DNA from: Klebsiella phage May
Sequence record: MG428991.1
DNA: 32,000 nucleotides
Reading direction: 5' to 3' (one strand)
The translations under genes and the position numbers were made by a program. Under the pieces are notes generated by a model. It was not told the DNA's origin, did not search any database, and saw only the letters and a list, made by a program, of their open reading frames with translations. Of the stretch, positions 26,530-32,000 are shown in pieces. The stretch's first letter is position 1. Every line of letters starts with the position of its first letter.

Positions 26530-26805
26530 ATGAAAATTATCCTCGACGCATATATCCACTACGGCAAGAAATATCTGATGGCGAAAGTGTACGAAGGTGA
26601 AACCCTGGTACACGCCCAGACCCACGAAGATGCAAAACTCCGCGAAATTCTGGCACGTGACTTCCCTGGTGCTGAAGTTATTGAGCCGACTAACCAGGCT
26701 GAAGTTGACAAAGAGTGGGAACGCGAATGGAGTCCGGCTGCGTTGGCCACCGCTGAAAAGAACTGGAATAACCGTGAAAACGCCAACCGTCCGTTCCGTC
26801 GTTGA
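26530..26805 (+). CDS. hypothetical protein
   Basis: MKIILDAYIHYGKKYLM start after an AAGGAA SD; ORF track extends upstream. Confidence 0.65.
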   Translation: MKIILDAYIHYGKKYLMAKVYEGETLVHAQTHEDAKLREILARDFPGAEVIEPTNQAEVDKEWEREWSPAALATAEKNWNNRENANRPFRR

Positions 26806-26815
26806 GGATAAAGAT

Positions 26816-27163
26816 ATGATCACATTAAAAGATTTCACGAAAGACGACTATTTTTGTTTCATGGGTGCCGAGAAATTTGAGAATGGGGACTTACCACGAA
26901 TTTACTATTTCTCTGACACGGAAGTGGAAGAATTTTTCGATCTGATGGGCATTAGCAACGATCAGGACAGCGGTAATTGGGCTTATCTTCTGCACCACAA
27001 TGAAGGATTTGTCCTTGGTTGGTTCTATGGAGATGAATTTCCTGAAGTCTGCTGGAAAGCAGGTGACAGCTCCGAAAGGGTTGAATATCTGTTGGAGAAA
27101 CTTGACAGCGAAACCCTCCCTCTTTGGGCAGCGTCAGTTGTCTCTGCTGAACAACGGTTTTGA
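26816..27163 (+). CDS. hypothetical acidic protein
   Basis: MITLKDFTKDDYFCFMGAEKF start after GAGGATAAAG; 115 aa; the ORF track shows an unnecessary upstream extension. Confidence 0.6.
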   Translation: MITLKDFTKDDYFCFMGAEKFENGDLPRIYYFSDTEVEEFFDLMGISNDQDSGNWAYLLHHNEGFVLGWFYGDEFPEVCWKAGDSSERVEYLLEKLDSETLPLWAASVVSAEQRF

Positions 27164-27168
27164 ATTAC

Positions 27169-27193
27169 AAGGGGCTATAATGCCCCTTTAATT
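27169..27193 (+). terminator. terminator hairpin with TATAAT loop
   Basis: AAGGGGC-TATAAT-GCCCCTT then TAATTT. Confidence 0.65.
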
Positions 27194-27239
27194 TCGCTAA
27201 TTAAGGGAAACCGACCGCTTTCTTATCAGGAGAACCACC

Positions 27240-29339
27240 ATGTCAACACCGAACTTCTTAGATTTCATGAAAGAGCGTGACCAGTTGGACGAAGCGTTCA
27301 ACTCAGCTCCTTATGAACTCACCATGGGCAAGAAAAATGCCGGGGACGTTTTCTTCACCTTTATTGACGAAGATGATAAAGAATACCGCATCCAGTTTTA
27401 TACCCCGCAAGGTCTGGGTAAAAACGTCCGCCAGGTCTTCATCGGCCAGAAACGTGGTTCAGTTTATCCTGATGCCATCGCACGTTTCAAGAACCCGATG
27501 CGCGTCATCGCATCTATGATCGAAGCTACCAAGCAATTCATGGCGACCCCGCTGGGCAAGACCATTGATGGTTACGCCGTCAACTTCTCCAAGAAAGCAC
27601 TGGATCGTGGGATGACCCTGATCCCGAAAATCATCCGCCAATCTGGCCTGAAACAAAAACTGAACGTCATGGACCTGACCTACGCGCCCGTCCCTGACCG
27701 TGGTTACGTGTGGCTGGTTCGTAAGGGTAAAGATCCGGCCCAGGTCTTCGACGGTCCGAAGATGCAGGGTATCACCTGGGACGACCCGGACAAGATTGGT
27801 GACGTGCCTGACCAGAAAAATAATCCTAATGTGGGCGTATCATCTTCTGTCGATGATTCCAACACAACTATCGGCGCAAATAGCATCGAACAATTGCGTG
27901 ACAGCGGGTTTATCGCTCGCGTTCTGGGTATCATTGACACCAACATTGATCAGAAAGCAAGTTATCTCCCAGGAGAAAGCATTAAGAAGATAGGACAAGC
28001 GCGTTATCAAACCAAAGGCGGTCTGGTGATCGTTGTTGACTTCGATTCAGTAGACGGTAAGAATCTGAAATACAGTGTGTTCTCTGAAATCGAAACCCAG
28101 CCTGGTGTCATCTCTGGTGACGCCCGTCGCGTGGCCAACGAAATTATGGAGACCATCACCTACGTTGCCGAACACCAGTATCGCGGTGAATGGGAAATCA
28201 ATGCAGTGCCGATGAGCGCACCATATCCTATCAAGGCTGTCCGCCATTCTCAAGGCTGGGGCTATGTAGAAACGGCAAACTGGACCCTGAAAGTGTCTGA
28301 TGCTGTATTGAAACGTGTGAAACCAGGAAACACAGCTCTATTGGAACTCAACAAAGAGCCTCTGCGCGGCAAACATCTCCTGGAAATCATCCCAGAGAAA
28401 GGTGATAAGACTTTGATGCTGAAAGACCGCAGCGGGGCGATCTATGGTTCTATCGACCTGAATGCACAGGGCGCTAATCTGGTCAACTCCGGAACCCTGA
28501 AGATTCCGCGCAACGCCATGGTGTTTGGTGAGACAGTAAATGGCATGTCCATCACTTGGACTGGCTTCAGTTTCCCAAAAGGCGGGAAGTATGACGGCGC
28601 TGTGATGACGACTAACGTGACATATTATTACGACAAAGGCAAAGTGGCGATCACGCCTATGGTCTCTAACAAAGGTCGTACCCTGAACAATCCGAAGACG
28701 TACGAACTCCCGTTGACTAAGGAATTTGTTCAGGATACCCTAGACAGTTGGTCGGAGACGATGCAAATGGTTGCCCGTAACATGCAGACCCTTACGAGCA
28801 AGGACTACAACCCGATGCAAGTCTTCCTCGATGATATCCACGTGGACGACAGCGGTGAAGTTCTATGGCGTGGACTCAAGATGGGTGACCGTCGTACAAC
28901 AGAGGCCATGTTGAATATCCTTAGTAAAGAAGCAGATCGCCTTGAGAAAGAGCAGTCTAACACTGCGAAGAAAACTGGCACCGACCTGGCCACTTACGCT
29001 GGTTCCATACGTGATAACGCTCCAAAAGGCCGCGACTTGGATTGGCAGATATATGCAACGAAGGACGGCCAGACCCTGAACGTGGATTGGGACATCACAT
29101 TCCGTCGCAACACAACCGAAGGTGCTTTCCGCGAGTTCAAGGCTCAGATCGATCGTGCCAACCAGTACCTGCAGACCCTGTACCAGGATGCGAAGTCCAA
29201 GGGTTACAGCCCGACTGAACCAAATCTGATGACTCTGGCTCGCGCTCAGCAGTCCGATGAGTGGTCGGCAAGCAACGGGGAAAGCGCATACAGTGAGTAT
29301 GAGCAGTCTCTGGGCGGCAACATGCAGATCAAAATTTAG
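27240..29339 (+). CDS. large protein, candidate packaged/virion-internal protein
   Basis: 699-aa ORF with SD AGGAG; N-terminus MSTPNFLDFMKERDQLDE|AF resembles capsid-targeting sequences. Confidence 0.55.
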   Translation: MSTPNFLDFMKERDQLDEAFNSAPYELTMGKKNAGDVFFTFIDEDDKEYRIQFYTPQGLGKNVRQVFIGQKRGSVYPDAIARFKNPMRVIASMIEATKQFMATPLGKTIDGYAVNFSKKALDRGMTLIPKIIRQSGLKQKLNVMDLTYAPVPDRGYVWLVRKGKDPAQVFDGPKMQGITWDDPDKIGDVPDQKNNPNVGVSSSVDDSNTTIGANSIEQLRDSGFIARVLGIIDTNIDQKASYLPGESIKKIGQARYQTKGGLVIVVDFDSVDGKNLKYSVFSEIETQPGVISGDARRVANEIMETITYVAEHQYRGEWEINAVPMSAPYPIKAVRHSQGWGYVETANWTLKVSDAVLKRVKPGNTALLELNKEPLRGKHLLEIIPEKGDKTLMLKDRSGAIYGSIDLNAQGANLVNSGTLKIPRNAMVFGETVNGMSITWTGFSFPKGGKYDGAVMTTNVTYYYDKGKVAITPMVSNKGRTLNNPKTYELPLTKEFVQDTLDSWSETMQMVARNMQTLTSKDYNPMQVFLDDIHVDDSGEVLWRGLKMGDRRTTEAMLNILSKEADRLEKEQSNTAKKTGTDLATYAGSIRDNAPKGRDLDWQIYATKDGQTLNVDWDITFRRNTTEGAFREFKAQIDRANQYLQTLYQDAKSKGYSPTEPNLMTLARAQQSDEWSASNGESAYSEYEQSLGGNMQIKI

Positions 29340-29348
29340 TCGCCATCC

Positions 29349-29366
29349 AAGCCCCTGCTGGGGCTA
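29349..29366 (+). other. short intergenic hairpin
   Basis: AGCCCC-TGCT-GGGGCT, no T-tract. Confidence 0.4.
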
Positions 29367-29396
29367 AATATGAATAAATTCTTAGGAGATAAACCC

Positions 29397-29963
29397 ATGA
29401 AGACCTTTCTTGAATTCTTTACCGAACAAGCCGCGCAGCCTGTGACCCATGCGGGTGTACAGGGCAAAAGCGTTACCATCAAAAAGCAAGCTGACGGCAC
29501 TCAGTGGTGCTCTGGTACTGTTACTCAGATCACCCCGGATAACGCTGCCGACACCTATAATCTGGAGCTGACCGACGGCAATACTGTAAAAACAGTTTTG
29601 ACTCCTGATCAGGTTCACGCTGTTTCTCAAGGACGGGAAGTTGTTTCGGTACACGGTGGGTTTGAATTCTTCTTTGGTAAATCCCCGGACGTTGGCCAGG
29701 TTACTGAAGCATATGCTCAGGAACTCGCCAATATGGATAAAATGATCGGTAAGGCGCTGGGCGTCGGTAAATCTCGCAAGAGCGGGCGTACCGAATTTGA
29801 ATATTCGGGCATCCCCGGTATCGGCAAATCTGTTGCCATCGACTTCGGCGGCGAAGACGATCCGTATGTAATCGTCACCATGGGCGGGAAGCAACAGGAC
29901 ATCAGCAAAGGTAAAACGCTGGCTGTCGACATTGCCAAGTACCTGGGTGTCAAGCCTGTCTAA
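29397..29963 (+). CDS. candidate packaged protein with CTS-like N-terminus
   Basis: MKTFLEFFTEQAAQP start after AGGAG; compare T4 internal-protein MKTYQEFIAE. Confidence 0.6.
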   Translation: MKTFLEFFTEQAAQPVTHAGVQGKSVTIKKQADGTQWCSGTVTQITPDNAADTYNLELTDGNTVKTVLTPDQVHAVSQGREVVSVHGGFEFFFGKSPDVGQVTEAYAQELANMDKMIGKALGVGKSRKSGRTEFEYSGIPGIGKSVAIDFGGEDDPYVIVTMGGKQQDISKGKTLAVDIAKYLGVKPV

Positions 29964-29972
29964 GGGGGTTGT

Positions 29973-30401
29973 ATGAGAGGGTTCCAGGACTTCTTGACAG
30001 AAGCCAAGCAAGTTGGTTGGCGTTTGGCCAAGACAGACTACACGTGCTCCCTTGTGTACGATAGCAAAGGTCCGAGCTATTCAATCTATCAAGGTAAGAC
30101 GCCCGGTGTGTTCTATGGCCACAAATCCCCTAGTGGTTCGGCCATCAAAGGCGACCCACAGGAGTTGGCCAAGAAGTTGAATCTTCCTCCTATCCCAGAC
30201 GATCTGCTTAAAGCATTCCTGGAAGGGGTTAAGAAACTGAAAACTGAAGCAATCGTTGACTATCAAGAAATTGGTGACCGTAAATTCAGACGAAAGGATG
30301 GTTCTTGGATAGAACTGATTCCGACTGATGAGCACGGTGAGTTACCACCCGCCACGATAAAGATCAGCCCAGAAATGGCTAAAGATCTGGGCCTTGGCTG
30401 A
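29973..30401 (+). CDS. candidate packaged protein with CTS-like N-terminus
   Basis: MRGFQDFLTEAKQ: FLTE|A fits a gp21-type LxE|A cleavage pattern. Confidence 0.6.
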   Translation: MRGFQDFLTEAKQVGWRLAKTDYTCSLVYDSKGPSYSIYQGKTPGVFYGHKSPSGSAIKGDPQELAKKLNLPPIPDDLLKAFLEGVKKLKTEAIVDYQEIGDRKFRRKDGSWIELIPTDEHGELPPATIKISPEMAKDLGLG

Positions 30402-30405
30402 CCAA

Positions 30406-30438
30406 AATCCCCCTTAAATACAGGGGGATTTCTTTTTC
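30406..30438 (+). terminator. rho-independent terminator
   Basis: AAATCCCCC ... GGGGGATTT then CTTTTT; 9-bp stem. Confidence 0.85.
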
Positions 30439-30443
30439 TGAGG

Positions 30444-30806
30444 ATGTTTAAAATGGTCAATGCGAGCGCATTTATCAACCGTGGTCTGCTGGCGATAGCA
30501 CATACGCATGCTCTCCACTTCGTGACTCATTCATATTCCAAACATAAGGCACTCGGGGAGTTCTACGGGGACCTAGAGGACTTGCTGGATACCTTCACCG
30601 AAGCATACATCGGCGCGGGTGGGACTTATACTCCAGGATTCGAGAACACGAAGTTGTTCAACCCAGACCCGATCCAATATATCCAGAGCATCGTTATCGA
30701 CGTCGACGCCATTTATCGGCAATGCGATTCTCATCTGCAAAATACATTGGATGAAATCAAAACCCTGTGTTTTCAGACTCTTTATAAACTGAAGCAACTG
30801 GCGTAG
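30444..30806 (+). CDS. DUF5856-like helical, possibly ferritin-like protein
   Basis: HTHALHFVTHSYSKHKALGEFYGDLEDLLDTFTEAYIG pattern; start may be the inner MVNASAF at 30453. Confidence 0.5.
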   Translation: MFKMVNASAFINRGLLAIAHTHALHFVTHSYSKHKALGEFYGDLEDLLDTFTEAYIGAGGTYTPGFENTKLFNPDPIQYIQSIVIDVDAIYRQCDSHLQNTLDEIKTLCFQTLYKLKQLA

Positions 30807-30808
30807 TC

Positions 30809-30816
30809 TATAAATC
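30809..30816 (+). promoter_or_regulatory. T4-late-like promoter box TATAAATC
   Basis: 7/8 match to TATAAATA, overlapping the left arm of an inverted repeat. Confidence 0.5.
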
Positions 30817-30866
30817 ATAGCGTGAGTATCATACGGGAATATTTCCAACAAGGACTCACGCTATGA
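30815..30866 (+). promoter_or_regulatory. start-codon-sequestering RNA hairpin
   Basis: TCATAGCGTGAGT (30815-30827) / ACTCACGCTATGA (30854-30866), a 13-bp perfect inverted repeat covering ATG 30863-30865; nested GGAA-TAT-TTCC. Confidence 0.75.
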
Positions 30867-31357
30867 CATGCATATCTGTTCCTCATTATATCGTTCGTTC
30901 CAACAAACATGATCTTAGTGGAACCCCAGCAGTGTTTATCAAATCACAGCACTATATTGATACGTTTCTGAAATACGTAGTTGGCGGTTGGTATATTTAC
31001 AAGAAAACCAAGCATTTTGCTTCCATGAATATTATTTCCGTGTCTGATCCATACGTGATAGACGAGTCTAATAGCCTCCCGATAAAATGCCTGACTCTCC
31101 CTGACGTGAAGAAATGCGAAGACCTCGCCAATGCACACGAACGTGGGGTTGTATGGGATCACGTCTCGGATTATGAGAGGTTAATTCAACATGCTTATCC
31201 TAATTTGGATTTCATCATGGATGAAAGAAAAGGTGTATTGTGTTTTCGTATCTGGGCTATTGATATAGAATGTGTGGACTACAGTTCACAGAAACTGTTG
31301 TTTATAAACGAAGCGGACGCCTTGAGTGCCGTTGAATTATTCCGGAGCGCAATGTAA
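30863..31357 (+). CDS. hypothetical protein under probable hairpin control
   Basis: 164-aa ORF; AAGGA SD 30850-30854. Confidence 0.65.
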   Translation: MTCISVPHYIVRSNKHDLSGTPAVFIKSQHYIDTFLKYVVGGWYIYKKTKHFASMNIISVSDPYVIDESNSLPIKCLTLPDVKKCEDLANAHERGVVWDHVSDYERLIQHAYPNLDFIMDERKGVLCFRIWAIDIECVDYSSQKLLFINEADALSAVELFRSAM

Positions 31358-31965
31358 TGGGCAAGATCTTCGTTCCAACTCATTTAGAAGGCTGTCAGAT
31401 TTCAGCCAAATATCTTCACAAGCAGATGAATTGCGGTGCCGTATTTGTCGAACCGAATCCTCATACCAATTCTGAATCCCCTGATGCAATCGGTTTCCGC
31501 CCCGATGGGTGCAGTATTTTGATCGAGGTCAAAGTCAGCCGGGATGATTTCCGAGCAGATGCCAAGAAACCTCATCGCATCAATCCTGAGCAGGGGATGG
31601 GAAGCTATCGTTTTTATGCATGTCCTGAGGGAGTCATCCGCATCGAAGATCTACCACCAAAGTGGGGGTTGTTCTATTTCACGCCTCGCAAATCATTGAA
31701 GGCTATCCATGTCCCGGACATTCAGATATCTTCGCTGTATTCTCCCCAGCACTATCTGAATATGATAGCCCGCCGAAGCCCGAATGGCAATATGCCTCCC
31801 TATCTCCTTCATTACCAAAAGATGGTGGAAGACTTCGGTCATGTCGTAAAGAACACCGTCGCTGAACACAATATCCTCTATGGGGCTTGGCGCCAGCTCT
31901 GTATTGCTCAAACCCGTGGTGTGGCGTATACTGTCAACGAGGTATTCCAGCGACCAGCGATTTAA
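31357..31965 (+). CDS. PD-(D/E)XK-like protein (MmcB/VRR-NUC-like core)
   Basis: SPDAIGFRPDGCSILIEVKVSRDDFRAD: D...ExK core; TAATG coupled to the upstream gene. Confidence 0.6.
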   Translation: MGKIFVPTHLEGCQISAKYLHKQMNCGAVFVEPNPHTNSESPDAIGFRPDGCSILIEVKVSRDDFRADAKKPHRINPEQGMGSYRFYACPEGVIRIEDLPPKWGLFYFTPRKSLKAIHVPDIQISSLYSPQHYLNMIARRSPNGNMPPYLLHYQKMVEDFGHVVKNTVAEHNILYGAWRQLCIAQTRGVAYTVNEVFQRPAI

Positions 31966-32000
31966 GAGGTGTACTATGTCATTAGCAGCATACAATAAAG

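Noticed and set aside
26597-26815. Upstream half of the 26597..27163 ORF
   Set aside because: Overlaps the 26530-26805 gene in another frame; ATG 26816 has an SD and gives a compact protein.
1-32000. CRISPR arrays, tRNAs, insertion sequences
   Set aside because: No regularly spaced repeats, no cloverleaf-like segments noticed in gaps, and no transposase or integrase motifs. A tRNAscan-SE/CRISPR scan would be needed to be certain.

Overview
The window is about 32 kb of a lytic, T4-superfamily-like tailed-phage genome, probably infecting a Gram-negative bacterium. Almost all genes are on the + strand, tightly packed, with many ATGA overlaps and strong intergenic hairpin terminators. Recognisable functions, from residue motifs only: a 5-hmdU-kinase helical-domain/alpha-glutamyl-putrescinyl-thymine pyrophosphorylase-like protein (492-1709); a two-gene NAD+ module, Prs-like plus NAMPT/NadV-like, resembling phage NARP systems (5935-8450); a VWA protein; an acyl-carrier-like protein lacking the phosphopantetheine serine; a ParB-like protein; a cluster of exported or membrane small proteins; a LysM protein; an HU-like protein; an Fe-S (XPD/DinG-like) helicase; RNase HI; a gp55-like late sigma factor; gp47/gp46 (SbcD/SbcC-like) nuclease subunits; a split DUF4326 gene; an exported lytic transglycosylase; and a PD-(D/E)XK-like protein. 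Most noteworthy: (i) a 13-bp perfect inverted repeat that buries the start codon of the 30863 ORF and sits just after a late-promoter-like TATAAATC, echoing T4 gene e style early/late translational control; (ii) three consecutive genes whose N-termini resemble T4 capsid-targeting sequences (MKTFLEFFTEQ, MRGFQDFLTE|A, FLDFMKERDQLDE|A), suggesting packaged internal proteins; (iii) the NARP-like pair; (iv) a Ser-to-Glu ACP-like protein; (v) an exact TATAAATA late promoter driving the only minus-strand gene. No tRNA, CRISPR or transposon was supported. All family calls are by eye and need HMM or structure searches.
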